A DNA stretch of 64,000 bases from an uncultured Chloroflexia bacterium (GCA_963765765.1 CAVXYC010000010.1:234076-298075), one strand, 5' to 3'; numbered from the stretch's first letter, positions 21,101 to 31,675 are shown. A program made the numbers and translations. Notes: generated by a model not told the origin, from the letters alone.

Positions 21101-22628
21101 TGTGAGCGTGCTGCGGACGGCGCCGGACCTCTTGGCATCTCGACGCGGCGTTGGCACATTCGGATTCCCCTGGCTAGCGGCCACGCTTCTGGCGCTGGTA
21201 ATCGGCGCACTCTGGCCGCTCAATACCTGGGACTTCCCGACGTTCGCGCTGCTCGCAGGTGCGGCGCTGCTCTTGCGTGCCGTGGCCTTGAATCGAGGGA
21301 TGTCCGCTCGCGCTATCAGCCGAAGCGCCGTGCAGTGGCTGCTGGTGATGGTGGCCGCCTATGCATTGTTCCTCCCGTTCCATCGCTCGTACGTGGCTGG
21401 CTATTCGAGCATCGAGCTCTGGCAAGGCTCGCGCACGGGGCTGGACGCCTATCTCATCGTTCATGGCATCTTCCTGTTCGTCATCGTCACAGCTCTGATT
21501 GCAGGGATCGCAGCGAAGACCAATCGCGCTCCGCTTGCCCGCGAGGTTCGCCTGCTGTTCAGCCAGGGATATCGCCTGGGCGCCCTGCGCTCACTGGATA
21601 GGAGGCTAGTCAGACGAAGAGCAATGCAGCGGCTGGGACTGGGCGCGTTGGCGTTGCTGATGGTGGTGGTATGCGGATTATTGGCCTGGAAGCTCCTGGC
21701 GACGTTGATGTTCCCGGTTGTGCCCGCGGCGTCGCTGGCGGTCGTCGCCGTTCCGCTGTTGGTGCTGGCCTTAACCGCGGTTCTCCTATTCGACGGTTCA
21801 ACTGACGCGCGACGCCGGTTCACGTACACGTGCATCACTCTGGGCGCCGCGCTCACCATAGCCGTTGAGGTCATTGTGCTCAAGGGCGATATCAGCCGGA
21901 TGAACACGGTGTTCAAGTTCTATCTACAAGTGTGGACGCTGTGGTCAATCGCCGCGGCGACTCTTCTGCCTGAGCTCCTGGGACTAGCGCGCGGCGTCAC
22001 GGATTCCATCGGGAGGGCGCGCCCCCAGCGGCTTCCCGATCTGCCTGGCTGGTGGCGCCCTGCATTTGCAGCGCTGGTTATCGCCGGACTTCTCTATCCC
22101 ATCTTCGCCACATACGTCCGAGCTCAGGATCGGTTCGAGCACAGTACCGAGTTCACCCTGGATGGCATGGCCTACATGGATGAGGCGTCCTACAACGACA
22201 AGAATCAGCCCATGGAGCTGAAGTGGGATCGGGATGCGATTGAGTGGATGCAGGCGACGATCGACGGCTCCCCGGTGATCGTTGAAGCGGTCACGCCGCT
22301 CTATCACTGGGGCTCGCGTGTCTCGATCTACACGGGGCTACCGACGATCATCGGCTGGGATTGGCATCAAAAGCAGCAGCGAGCGTTACTGCCAGGTGAA
22401 GTCGTCGATCGACGGATCAATGACGTGAATCAGATATTTGGGTCAGCAACTCCCGAACGCACGCGGGAGCTACTGGAGCGATATCGCGTGCGGTATCTCT
22501 ACGTCGGGCAGCAGGAGCGTCTCTACTACCCGGGCGTTGAAGTCAAGATGAGGCGCAACGAGGGGAACCTCTGGAATCGCGTCTACGAGAATCAGGAAGT
22601 TTCTATCTATGAAGTGCGCCGACCCTAA
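18114..22628 (+). CDS. PMT/ArnT-like GT-C domain fused to DUF2298 ('YYY' membrane protein)
   Basis: 1504 aa; HLHPDERF, AHFFTVD and NEHWDD in the N-terminal half; GGEKPMDFAYLNA, INYYYFG, GDLHAH, NTWD and RMNTVFKFY in the C-terminal half. Confidence 0.85.
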   Translation: MAENILQNPMRRTESRSESRALSLPRIDSWVWLVAILLVGSLLRFVGIAWDETYHLHPDERFMTMVETAIRVPENLSGYFNTATSTLSPYNNNFGLYVYGTFPLYLVKAVGQVLDKAGYDQINLVGRALSALFDVGTIAATALVGRRLYGAAVGLVAGGLYALMALPIQQAHFFTVDSYASFFAVLAAYLAIRIGESNSRWDYLALGAVVGFGIACKISMFVLGGFAALGAIIVLYRAYERERVISASLVESIAVRLLLSGIVAILTFRVLQPIAFQGPTILNFTPNEQWLANMAEVRGLQSGERDFPPGHQWTDRPAIWFPWSNMVLWGMGLPLGLAAWIGWAFAAFELIRRRKIEHFIPVVFIGIVFLFQGTQWVKSMRYFLHIYPFLAMTAAYLLHRMWMAGRVNGAVGQISTVSRAIVLGIVGLTALYAIGFTSIYTRPHSRVDASRWIYDNVPRGAAIANEHWDDPLPLRLDGRDGFGGYYRGLMLNNYDEDTPKKLDELVANLVQADYLVLSSNRLYDSIPRLPMRYPMTTRYYELLFAEQIGFHRVAEFTSYPSILGISLPDQSAEEAWSVYDHPKVTIFQKTSDFDRARVLAQLGGGIDWDGILRLRPDQATKVKTGLMLSPSDQTTYQASGTWRELFSTEGISNRFPLVAWWLAIQVVGLAALPIIMVACRSLVDRGWAIAKPLGLLLVAWLAWMAASLHLAEFGPSLVFASLGVVAIVSSLVLAARGRDVPSILRARWRIIALEEALFTVAFLGFVAVRAANPDIWHPVMGGEKPMDFAYLNAVIKSAYFPPYDPWFAGGFINYYYFGFVLVAGLVHLTGVVPGVAYNLAVPTFFAATLVGAFAVALNLVQRLPGTTGRSSINVEPTSRAAVLAGVAASLGVAVMGNLGELQLLLKGLHDIGRTVIQLPFLTEVLRVTDGLRMVIGGGKTLPFRTEWWYWNATRVIDHPQGEAVPITEFPYFTFLYGDLHAHMMALPFTLVCLVLIVSVLRTAPDLLASRRGVGTFGFPWLAATLLALVIGALWPLNTWDFPTFALLAGAALLLRAVALNRGMSARAISRSAVQWLLVMVAAYALFLPFHRSYVAGYSSIELWQGSRTGLDAYLIVHGIFLFVIVTALIAGIAAKTNRAPLAREVRLLFSQGYRLGALRSLDRRLVRRRAMQRLGLGALALLMVVVCGLLAWKLLATLMFPVVPAASLAVVAVPLLVLALTAVLLFDGSTDARRRFTYTCITLGAALTIAVEVIVLKGDISRMNTVFKFYLQVWTLWSIAAATLLPELLGLARGVTDSIGRARPQRLPDLPGWWRPAFAALVIAGLLYPIFATYVRAQDRFEHSTEFTLDGMAYMDEASYNDKNQPMELKWDRDAIEWMQATIDGSPVIVEAVTPLYHWGSRVSIYTGLPTIIGWDWHQKQQRALLPGEVVDRRINDVNQIFGSATPERTRELLERYRVRYLYVGQQERLYYPGVEVKMRRNEGNLWNRVYENQEVSIYEVRRP

Positions 22629-22728
22629 GCGCGTCGCGTTCAACAGAGGAACGCCAGGTCCAATGATCGTCGTTCAACCGTCGTTCGATCTGCGGCATCG
22701 ACATCATTCGATCTGGACCTGGTAGCCC

Positions 22729-23730
22729 ATGTCGTTGTTGAATCCGCGCGTTCTCATCGGACTGGTCGTAAGCGTTATTTGTCTCGTCTTCGTCCTTCGT
22801 CAGGTGAACTTCGCCGAGCTCGTCGAGACACTCGGTCGCACCAATTTATGGTGGGTGGCGCTGACGGTGATCCAGCTCATACCGGCGATGTGGCTCAAGG
22901 CCTATCGCTGGCGATTGTTCTTTCCGGATCAGGCGGCGGCCAAGCGCGCGGCGCTGCTACCCGCCCTATACATCGGGTACATGGTCAATACCATCGCCCC
23001 ATTGCGCATGGGCGAGCTAGTGCGCGCCTACCTGGTAGGTCATTACGACCGACTGGGCGTGAGCACCGCGGTCGGCACGATTGTTCTCGAAAAACTGTTC
23101 GACGTCGGATCGTTGATCGTCATCTTTGTCATTCTCGCCGCGCTGGCGCCGCTCCCCGACTGGGCAAATGCCGCCGCGATCGCGACTGGGCTCGGATTGG
23201 CTATAGGCGTGGCGGGCACGATCTGTCTGGTGGTGGCGGAGCAGCGCGTCCTGGGCCTAATTCGGTTCTTCGAAAAGCGAATTCCGATAATCGATCGCAT
23301 GCAGGCGAGCAATCTGGCCGCATCGTTTGTTGACGGACTTCGATCGATTCAATCTCCCCGGACGTTGTTCTGGGCCGTTGTCTGGTCGGCTGTGCTCTGG
23401 CTGGGTGGGGCCATGACACTCGCGTTTGGGTTCCTCGCAGTGGGAATCTCGCTGACGCCCGAAATGGTCTTCTTCCTGCTCGTGGTGACTAATCTAGGCA
23501 TGGCCGTGCCCTCAGCACCCGGGTACGTCGGTGTTTATCACGCCCTTGTCGTGGTCGGGCTGGCCGTGTTTGGAGTGCCCGAAACCACCGCCCTGAGTGC
23601 GGCGATTGTCCTCCACGCGGCAGTCTTCGGCTTCTTCCTGGTTGGTGGGATGTTCTATCTCTGGCGGGGGCGGTTCTCACTGGCCCAGCTCATCACGGGA
23701 GCTCGCGGAACGGAGCAAGCCGCCCATTGA
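22729..23730 (+). CDS. UPF0104/lysylphosphatidylglycerol synthase TM (flippase-like) protein
   Basis: RW, N...P.RMGELVRA, EKLFD, PSAPGYVG. Confidence 0.85.
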   Translation: MSLLNPRVLIGLVVSVICLVFVLRQVNFAELVETLGRTNLWWVALTVIQLIPAMWLKAYRWRLFFPDQAAAKRAALLPALYIGYMVNTIAPLRMGELVRAYLVGHYDRLGVSTAVGTIVLEKLFDVGSLIVIFVILAALAPLPDWANAAAIATGLGLAIGVAGTICLVVAEQRVLGLIRFFEKRIPIIDRMQASNLAASFVDGLRSIQSPRTLFWAVVWSAVLWLGGAMTLAFGFLAVGISLTPEMVFFLLVVTNLGMAVPSAPGYVGVYHALVVVGLAVFGVPETTALSAAIVLHAAVFGFFLVGGMFYLWRGRFSLAQLITGARGTEQAAH

Positions 23731-25958
23731 GCGAGGTCGCCGCGGTTGCGCTCTGGTACGTCGCCATCCAGGCTCTGGCGCTGGCCATTGCTCCGCTTGT
23801 TATTCAGATCTTCGTGGGTCTTCCGGATCGCGGGATTCCGTATAGCAAGGTGGTCGGCTGGCTCCTTGTAAGTGGCATGGTGTGGTTGCTCGGAATGCTC
23901 GGCCTGCTCCAATTCACCAGAGCTACCGTGATCGTGGCGCTTATTCTCATCGGAGCTCTTTGCTGGTGGCGGTGGGGCACAAACGCAATTGAAGCGCTGA
24001 GGGCGCACTCGAGCTGGCTGGATGGTGAATTGGTTTTCGGCATTGCGTTCCTTGCCGCGGTCTGGATCAGGGCGCACACGCCGGAGATCCTGGGCCAGGA
24101 GAAGTTCATGGATTTCGCAATCATGAACAGTTTCCTCATGCATGCAGAGCTTCCAGCTCCAGATCCATGGCTGTCCGGTTACGGTATGCCTTACTACCAC
24201 CTAAATTACTTCATGTTTGCGCTCATCGCGAAGCTCGCGGGAACGCCCGGACCTATCGCCTACAACCTCGCGGTGTCCACTGTGTTCGCGTTCGGAGCGC
24301 TTGGTCTTTACAGCCTGGTGCGGAATGTCACGCGTCTCGGGAATGCGAGCGCGCGGTTTTTGGGGTGGGCATCCGGAGTGCTCGCGGCGGTCTTTGTTCT
24401 CGTGCTGGGCAATCTGGAAGCAGTGTTCGAAATGCTCTCAATTCGGAGCTTGGGCCCGCCCGCTCTCTGGTCGGCCCTGGGCATCAAAGGACTCAACCCA
24501 GGCCAGGCGGCGTCCGGTTTGTGGCCGGCTGATGGTGGTTGGTGGTGGCGAGCGTCGCGCATCGTGCCCACGACGAAGCCCGATGGAATCAATGAGTTTC
24601 CGTACTTCAGTTTTCTTCTGGGCGACCTGCACCCGCACTACATGGCGATTCCATTGGACTTACTCGTCATCGCCCTGGGCACGGTGGCGCTGGTCAAGCC
24701 TGAGCAAATTCGGTCGTGGCCATGGCGGATTGTCTCGGTGATCGCTCTTGCCGCCCTGATACCAGCCAACACATGGGACGTCCCGGTCTTCTGGGGAGTG
24801 TTTGCCATCTGCATGGCGATAGCAGCCTGGCGTCTGCAGAAGCCGGTCGGTGGGATCTTGCAGTTTGTAGTCATGTTCGGGATGGCGGCGATGGCAGTCG
24901 TGCCGTACATGGTGGGATATGCGAGTCAGCCCCTCGGCATCGGGATTGTCGATGAGCATACGCCGGTGCCATCGTTCCTGATCATTTTTGGTGCGTTCGT
25001 TCTGATCACCATCGTGTGGATCCTGCTGCCGCCACCAAAAGGAAGCGCGGAGAAGCCTCCGCCCGCCTGGCTTGTGGCTATCCCGATCGTCGGGGCGGTG
25101 CTCGGCATCGTCACGAGTGTGCTGGACATGCGCACGCTGGGAATCGCCCTCGTCCTTGGCGCACTCTGCCTGCATCGCCTTGTCTCAATAATGTTCTGGA
25201 GACTGGATGGCGACCGCCAAGCGCTGAGCGAGGTGATCGCTGGACTTCTGCTTACAGTGGGATTTCTTGTCATCGCGGGCACCGAGATTTTGTTCATTCG
25301 GGACTCGTTCGGCACGCGCATGAACACAGTCTTCAAGTTTCACTACAACGCCTGGGTACTCCTGGCCCTCGGTTGCGCACTCGCACTGGTGAGTCTCATC
25401 GGGCAGCGAGGGATCCGTCGTGCCGCGGCGGTGATCGTATCGGCGGCCGTGATTCTGCTGGGCGGGATTTACCCCCTGGGTGCAACATTAACGAAGACAA
25501 ACCACTTCCTTGGAGTGGCCACGCTTGACGGGTCGAGCTTCGCCCTGCGTCAGTACGAAAACGATCTCATCGCCATTGATTGGCTCCGCGGGATGGGCCA
25601 GCCACGATCATCCATCGTCGAGGCAGTTGGCGGAGACTACACGGACTTCGGCCGCGTCTCGACATTTTCCGGGATGCCAACACCCATCGGATGGATCGGT
25701 CATGAGCTGCAATGGCGTGGCCCGAGTGAAGAGTTTCAGCGCCGCGAGCGTCTGGTTCAAGACCTTTATCAGGCGCGAGATGGCGACCAGGCTCAGCGGA
25801 CGCTTGATCTCCTCGGAGCCAGCCACGTGTTCGTGGGGCGGTTAGAGCGCGAGAAGTATGGCGCGGACACGGCTGACCGACTCCGCGCCTGGCTGCCGGT
25901 AGTGTTTCAGCGCGGTGATGCACTCGTACTCCAGCGCGTCGGAGCTCCTCAGCGATGA
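23727..25958 (+). CDS. DUF2298 domain membrane protein
   Basis: EKFMDFA, DPWLSG..MPYYH, GDLHPH, NTWD, RMNTVFKF, IGWIGHELQWRG. Confidence 0.85.
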   Translation: MSEVAAVALWYVAIQALALAIAPLVIQIFVGLPDRGIPYSKVVGWLLVSGMVWLLGMLGLLQFTRATVIVALILIGALCWWRWGTNAIEALRAHSSWLDGELVFGIAFLAAVWIRAHTPEILGQEKFMDFAIMNSFLMHAELPAPDPWLSGYGMPYYHLNYFMFALIAKLAGTPGPIAYNLAVSTVFAFGALGLYSLVRNVTRLGNASARFLGWASGVLAAVFVLVLGNLEAVFEMLSIRSLGPPALWSALGIKGLNPGQAASGLWPADGGWWWRASRIVPTTKPDGINEFPYFSFLLGDLHPHYMAIPLDLLVIALGTVALVKPEQIRSWPWRIVSVIALAALIPANTWDVPVFWGVFAICMAIAAWRLQKPVGGILQFVVMFGMAAMAVVPYMVGYASQPLGIGIVDEHTPVPSFLIIFGAFVLITIVWILLPPPKGSAEKPPPAWLVAIPIVGAVLGIVTSVLDMRTLGIALVLGALCLHRLVSIMFWRLDGDRQALSEVIAGLLLTVGFLVIAGTEILFIRDSFGTRMNTVFKFHYNAWVLLALGCALALVSLIGQRGIRRAAAVIVSAAVILLGGIYPLGATLTKTNHFLGVATLDGSSFALRQYENDLIAIDWLRGMGQPRSSIVEAVGGDYTDFGRVSTFSGMPTPIGWIGHELQWRGPSEEFQRRERLVQDLYQARDGDQAQRTLDLLGASHVFVGRLEREKYGADTADRLRAWLPVVFQRGDALVLQRVGAPQR

Positions 25959-27653
25959 TTCGCACACAGGCGCTGGCGACGCCATTTCCCTCGATCAGAT
26001 TGGATCGTACCGTCCTGCTCTGGGCGAGTATTATCGGCCTCGGGGTAATCCTGCGATTCCGCGATCTCGGCGCTCGGCCGCTCGATCCCGACGAGGCCCG
26101 ACTGGCGCTCGAGGCATTCCGCGGCGTCGGCTTCGGACGTCCCTGGGGCAGTCCCGAATCGATGACGCCCGGTTACACGGGCCTGATGTCGTTGATCTTC
26201 TACCTGTTTGGAAGCTCGGATGCAGCGGCGCGGCTGCTTTCTGCCGTGGCCGGTGTTGGTGTCATCGCGTTGAGCGCGCTCGCGATACCGTTCGTTGGAA
26301 CGGCTGGCGCGCTCGGCATCGCGGCCCTTCTTGCGACGTCTCCAATTCTACTCGAGACATCGCGCTCGGCCCTCAACGCGTCGATGCTCGCAGCGGCATT
26401 GCTTACCCTGGTGCTGGTTCTCGCACGCATCATCCAGGGACTGGAGCTCGGTCAACCGGTTTCATCCCGGTGGTCTCTTGCGTTGGGTGGAACTGCCGCG
26501 GTGGGGCTGGCAACTGATCCGCTCTTCACCTTGAATGTGCTGGCGCTGGTGGCGGCGCTGGTGTTTGCGTTTGATCTGGGCGATATTCGCGCTCGGCTCA
26601 GGGGCGCGCGTTCGATATCACCATGGCCGATCGCTTTCGGCGTCATCCTGGCTATCGCCATCTATACAACTCGTTTCCTGACAAACCCTGGAGGACTTCA
26701 GTCGGGACTTATTGATCCACTCTGGTCGTGGGCGACCGAGATTTTGCAGCCCGCGCGCATTCCGATGGTACCGCTCCTACTTATTCTGGGGACGGAATGC
26801 CTGATCCTGGTCACCGCCTTGGGCGGCGCATTCCGGCTCGGGCGGGCGGCTCCATTGGAGCGCTTCGCCGCGGCCTGGTTGGCGATCACGTTTGCGATCG
26901 CCATTATCGGCGGGCGCTCCGACTTCCGATTGCTTGTACCGGTCAATTCTTGCAGCCGCCCTTTTGGGCGGCCCGTGGCTGGCGCACACCGTTCAGAACG
27001 ATAGCTGGCGAGACACCATGCCTTATGTCGTCGGCGCAATTGCCGTCGTACCGTTGCTCGCCGCCCTGGTGGCTTCGCTGTCCGCGTTATCCAAATCATC
27101 AGCACCCGAACCGCAACTCTTCTACGCGGGATTGGCGGGCTTTGCAGGAACTGTCGTCGGCGGTCTCGCGATGGTGGGACGCCGAACAGTTGTGTACGGA
27201 CTTCTCTTCGCAGCGTTCGCACTAGCAGCGATAGCCACGGTCATCGGGAGTACGCGGTTGTCTTCTGCGGCGGCATCTGACCTCGGTAAGGCCGGCCCAG
27301 GCGCTGTTTTTATAGGAGAGCTTCGAGGAGTTGAACGTCAGCTCGCCATCTGGGAATGGGATCAGGATCGACGACCAATCCTGGTGGACGATCGCTTGCA
27401 AGGTTTGCTTGGTTGGGCATTGCGATCGAATCGAAACGTCCGGTGGATTGGACCAGATGAGATCCGCACAGGACCCGCCGTAAAGCTGGTCTCGACACGT
27501 AGCGAGGCTATACCGGAGGGTGGATTGCGGGTGACGATCGGCTACCGATTCACCCAGATCCCAGAGCTATCTCCCCTGAAGGTGGCCGAGTGGTTTCTCT
27601 GGCGTCGGTCGATTCCACGAGTGGAGCCGTATGATATACTGCTGTACCGCTAA
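25955..27653 (+). CDS. Divergent GT-C-like membrane protein (TIGR03663-like paralog); apparent frameshift near 26940
   Basis: LRFRDLGARPLDPDEA and SDAAARL; two overlapping hydrophobic ORFs. Confidence 0.6.
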
Positions 27654-27724
27654 TCTCCCGCGGCCGTTTTCGTGCGCCCGCACGATTGTCCGCTTGCCCA
27701 CACTTCTCAGCGGACGAATGTAGG

Positions 27725-30634
27725 ATGGTTCAGCTCAAGGAACGGCCACTCTCGGCCTCGCGGCTGGACGCTGAGGCCGTCACACCGCTCGACAATCCCA
27801 ACGACCGACTCGTCCAACTAGTCTTCCTGGCTCTCATGATCGTTGGGTTCCTTCTCCGGATCCACGATATAGGTGCGCGCGCGCTTCATCACGATGAGAG
27901 CCTGCACGCCACGTATTCCTGGTACCTCTACTCGGGACGCGGATACGTGCACGATCCGCTCATGCATGGTCCGGAGCAGTTCCACGTCAACGCGCTACTC
28001 TTCTTCCTGTTTGGGGATAACGATGTAACCGCGCGCCTGCAGTACGTGCTACTGGGCACCCTCATGATTGGCCTGCCGTACTTCGTGCGGCATGAGCTGG
28101 GTCGCCTGGGAGCGATCATTGCGGCCGTACTGCTCACGATTTCGCCCGGCTTTCTGTACTTTTCGCGCTTCGCCCGTGAAGATATGCCCTTCGCCTTCTT
28201 CACTATGGTGATGGCGGTGGGGCTTTTCGGTTACGTCCGAACCCGTCAACCAAAGCACCTTTACATCTTTTCCGCGGCGTTTTCTCTGGCCTTTGCCACG
28301 AAGGAAGCGACTTACATTACCGGGTTCATCTGGGCCGTGTTCATCGCCGTCATGATCGCCCTCAAGAAGTTTGACCCGGACGGGCAAGAGACATACGACA
28401 CCGTTCGCTCACTCACGCGAGGAGTGGTCGCACGCTGCCTGTTGATCTTTTTCGGTCTCTACGTCCTGCTATTTACGACGTTCCTCACCAACGTTCTGGA
28501 TCCGAAGTTCTTTACCGACCCGAAGTCTTGTCTGGATCGAGTAACGGGCTGTGGGGGACTGTTGAGCGGGTCGTACGGCGCGTTGAAGTACTGGATCGAC
28601 CAGCATGACGTGCAGCGGGGCGGACAGCCTTGGTTCTACTACCTGCTGTTGCTCGGCCTGTATGAATTTATTCCACTCACCCTGACGATCATAGCGGCAG
28701 CCCAGCGGAAATTTAACCTGTTCGGCAAGTTCTGCCTGGCCTGGTCAATTGGCGCCCTGCTGGTCTACTCGTACGCCGGCGAGAAAATGCCCTGGCTGAT
28801 CTTGCACCTGACGCTTCCACTGATCCTCACAGGGGCGCCAGTCCTGGCCCGGTGGATCCAAGGTGTGAGACCCGCAACCTGGCGATCAACGGAGCTACGC
28901 TACGCCGTCGGACTATGGCTGAGCGTTATCGCCTTTGCGGTCTCGTTTGTGGCGATCTATGCCGTGCAGTGGCTGAACGTCATCGACCAGCAGGCTCTCG
29001 GGCTGGAACGCCTCATGATCATTGTGGTGATCCTGGGATCTATCGGATGGCTGGTGTGGCTCGCTCGGCGCTCGCACCTCGGGGCCGTGCGCACGGGAGC
29101 CGTCTGCGCGCTCTTGCTGGCGAGCACCGCGTTCTACATTCGGACTTCATGGCTCGCTACCTATGAGCACGGTGATACCCCGCGAGACATGCTCATCTAC
29201 GTTCAGTCGTCGCCCGACGTCGTCTGGGTGACCCGCGAGCTCGAGCGTATCGGTGCCCAGACGGGCCAGGGCAAGGACCTGCGCATCCTTATGGACAACG
29301 GCTATTCCGAGACGGTGGGCGGCCAACCGGTCGTCCATGAGGCCGTATCATGGCCGTTCGAATGGTATTTGCGCGGGTTGAAAAACCGTCGATACTTCTC
29401 ACGCACGTTCGGCTCGGACATCAACTTGCGCGACTATCCGGCCATTCTCGTCATGGGTCCGAACCTTGATCCAATTCGGCCGGCGCTGGCCGACTACACG
29501 GGCACGAAATACAAACTCAACTGGTGGTTCCCCGAGGATTACAAAGGCCTCTCTCCCAGTGTGATCCTGAACGTATTGAGCGATCCGGAGCAGCGCGGCA
29601 AACTGATCAAATTTCTGCTCTACCGGGAGCCACTAAACACGCTGGGAGCGCGCGAGTTTTACCTCTTTGTGCGTAAGGACATTCCGGGAATCGGCACTGC
29701 TCCCATAGCCGGCGCTACTGCCGCAAACCCTCCGTCCGCTCCCACGGCGGTCGCCGTGAATGCCGGAAATGCCACCGTGTTGGCCCGATTGGGAGTCGAT
29801 AGCTCCGGACAATCCCAGCTCGTGGATCCGAAAGATGTCGCGGTCGATGGCTCGGGCAAGATTTATGTGACCGAGGGCCGGGCGAATCGCGTCACGATCC
29901 TGAATGGCGATGGTTCGATCCTGTCGCGGTTCGGAGAAGGCGGCACGGGTGATGGACAGTTCAATGAGCCGTGGGGCATCGCCGTAGCGCCCAATGGTGA
30001 GATCTACGTCGCTGATACGTGGAACCATCGCATTCAGCGGTTCGATAGCAACGGGCGCTTCCTGAACCTATGGGGCGCGCTCGGAGATAGCCAAGGCCAG
30101 TTGGGCGTTGCGCCCGGGCAATTCTGGGGACCGCGCGACATCGCGATCGCTCAGGACGGCCGACTTTACGTAACCGACACTGGGAACAAGCGGATCCAAA
30201 TTTTTGATGCCAGCGGCAATTCGCTCGGCGCCATCGGCGGTGAAGGCTCGGCGCCGGGCCGACTGCGTGAGCCCGTTGGCATCGCTATGGCACCGGATGG
30301 ACTGTGGGTCGCGGACGCATGGAACAATCGTTTACAGCGGTTGGCACAGGATGGCTCTGCGCTCAGTCAGTCCCCGGTGGTAGGCTGGGAGAGCCAGGCG
30401 ATTACCAACAAACCCTTCCTGGACGTTTCACCTGGCGGAAGTGTGATCGCCTCGGCACCTGACTCCGGCCTGCTTATGGCGGTTGGTACTACTGGACAGG
30501 TGCGCTCGGTAAGTCTCGAGCCAGGCTCGCTTGGCGCCGCTCAACCCACTGGCATCGCCGTTGCCTCAACGGGCGAAGTTTACGTCACCGACGTACGCAA
30601 CGGCCTCGTCTTGAAACTTGCCCGGCTTGACTGA
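27725..30634 (+). CDS. TIGR03663/Agl23-like GT-C membrane protein with C-terminal NHL beta-propeller
   Basis: LHHDESLHA, HDPLMHGP, FSRFARED, EKMPW, YVQSS; NHL repeats (GQFNEPWGIAV..DTWNHRIQ, GPRDIA..DTGNKRIQ). Confidence 0.85.
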   Translation: MVQLKERPLSASRLDAEAVTPLDNPNDRLVQLVFLALMIVGFLLRIHDIGARALHHDESLHATYSWYLYSGRGYVHDPLMHGPEQFHVNALLFFLFGDNDVTARLQYVLLGTLMIGLPYFVRHELGRLGAIIAAVLLTISPGFLYFSRFAREDMPFAFFTMVMAVGLFGYVRTRQPKHLYIFSAAFSLAFATKEATYITGFIWAVFIAVMIALKKFDPDGQETYDTVRSLTRGVVARCLLIFFGLYVLLFTTFLTNVLDPKFFTDPKSCLDRVTGCGGLLSGSYGALKYWIDQHDVQRGGQPWFYYLLLLGLYEFIPLTLTIIAAAQRKFNLFGKFCLAWSIGALLVYSYAGEKMPWLILHLTLPLILTGAPVLARWIQGVRPATWRSTELRYAVGLWLSVIAFAVSFVAIYAVQWLNVIDQQALGLERLMIIVVILGSIGWLVWLARRSHLGAVRTGAVCALLLASTAFYIRTSWLATYEHGDTPRDMLIYVQSSPDVVWVTRELERIGAQTGQGKDLRILMDNGYSETVGGQPVVHEAVSWPFEWYLRGLKNRRYFSRTFGSDINLRDYPAILVMGPNLDPIRPALADYTGTKYKLNWWFPEDYKGLSPSVILNVLSDPEQRGKLIKFLLYREPLNTLGAREFYLFVRKDIPGIGTAPIAGATAANPPSAPTAVAVNAGNATVLARLGVDSSGQSQLVDPKDVAVDGSGKIYVTEGRANRVTILNGDGSILSRFGEGGTGDGQFNEPWGIAVAPNGEIYVADTWNHRIQRFDSNGRFLNLWGALGDSQGQLGVAPGQFWGPRDIAIAQDGRLYVTDTGNKRIQIFDASGNSLGAIGGEGSAPGRLREPVGIAMAPDGLWVADAWNNRLQRLAQDGSALSQSPVVGWESQAITNKPFLDVSPGGSVIASAPDSGLLMAVGTTGQVRSVSLEPGSLGAAQPTGIAVASTGEVYVTDVRNGLVLKLARLD

Positions 30635-30646
30635 CAAGGGAGACGC

Positions 30647-31675
30647 ATGAGTCGAAACCGCCTGATTGGCGTGGCGCTCACGCTGGTATTCCTCGGGCTA
30701 GCGTTCTATCGCGTCGATCTCGGTGAGATGGTTGGGGCGCTTCGAACAGCCAATTACTCGCTGCTTGCGCCCGCGGCGATCTGTACGCTGATGGGCTATC
30801 TCCTGCGTACCGTGCGCTGGCGACTCATCCTGTCTCAATCGGTTGAGATTCGATTTCCAACGCTGTTTGGAATCTTAATGATTGGGTTCGCAACGAACAA
30901 TCTTGTGCCGGCTCGGTTGGGGGAGCTTGCCAGAGCGTATCTTGGCCGGCAGCGCACCGGGGTCCGAAAGACCTTTTTCATCGCGACGATATTTCTTGAG
31001 CGCGTGTTTGACGGTCTGGTGCTCATTGTCATCTTGCTTGGCCTGTCCACCCGACTATCGTTGCCTGAGTGGGGCAAAGAGGTTCAGCTCGCCTCCACGC
31101 TCGTGTTCATAGGGCTCGCAGGTGGAATTGCATTCATATTGGCCCGTCAGCATCTCGCCCTGGCACTGTTTCGTCGCCTTGCCGGGCGGCTCCCGGATAG
31201 GTTCGGATTCTGGATCTCCAGTGCCTTTGAGATGTTTCTCATGGGGCTGGCGAGTATGCGTCGATTTCAGCGGGTCGGCGCAGTGGCTCTTATATCGTGC
31301 ACAATATGGCTGCTGGAAGGCCTCTCTTACTATCTGCTGGCGCTTGGATTTGACCTGACGCTGAGCCCGCTCAGGCTTGTTGCAGCGGTCGCTCTACTCC
31401 TCGTTATGGTCAATCTCGGCATCATGATCCCCTCGGCTCCGGGCTACGTGGGAACATTCCAATTCTTCGCAGTCTCCGCTCTCAGCGTTTTCGATGTGCC
31501 GCGCGAGACGGGGTTGGCGCTCGCCGTTGTGTCACACGTCATGCAGTACGTGCTCGTCACCACCATTGGCCTGTATTTCCTGGGCCGGGAGAACATTCGA
31601 TTGGGAACCCTATTTCAATCTGACCCCGCGAGCTCAGAGGTTGGTGCTCCGCCGGCATCAAGCCGAGCTCAGTGA
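30647..31675 (+). CDS. UPF0104 flippase-like membrane protein
   Basis: NNLVPARLGELAR, ERVFD, PSAPGYVGTF. Confidence 0.85.
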   Translation: MSRNRLIGVALTLVFLGLAFYRVDLGEMVGALRTANYSLLAPAAICTLMGYLLRTVRWRLILSQSVEIRFPTLFGILMIGFATNNLVPARLGELARAYLGRQRTGVRKTFFIATIFLERVFDGLVLIVILLGLSTRLSLPEWGKEVQLASTLVFIGLAGGIAFILARQHLALALFRRLAGRLPDRFGFWISSAFEMFLMGLASMRRFQRVGAVALISCTIWLLEGLSYYLLALGFDLTLSPLRLVAAVALLLVMVNLGIMIPSAPGYVGTFQFFAVSALSVFDVPRETGLALAVVSHVMQYVLVTTIGLYFLGRENIRLGTLFQSDPASSEVGAPPASSRAQ

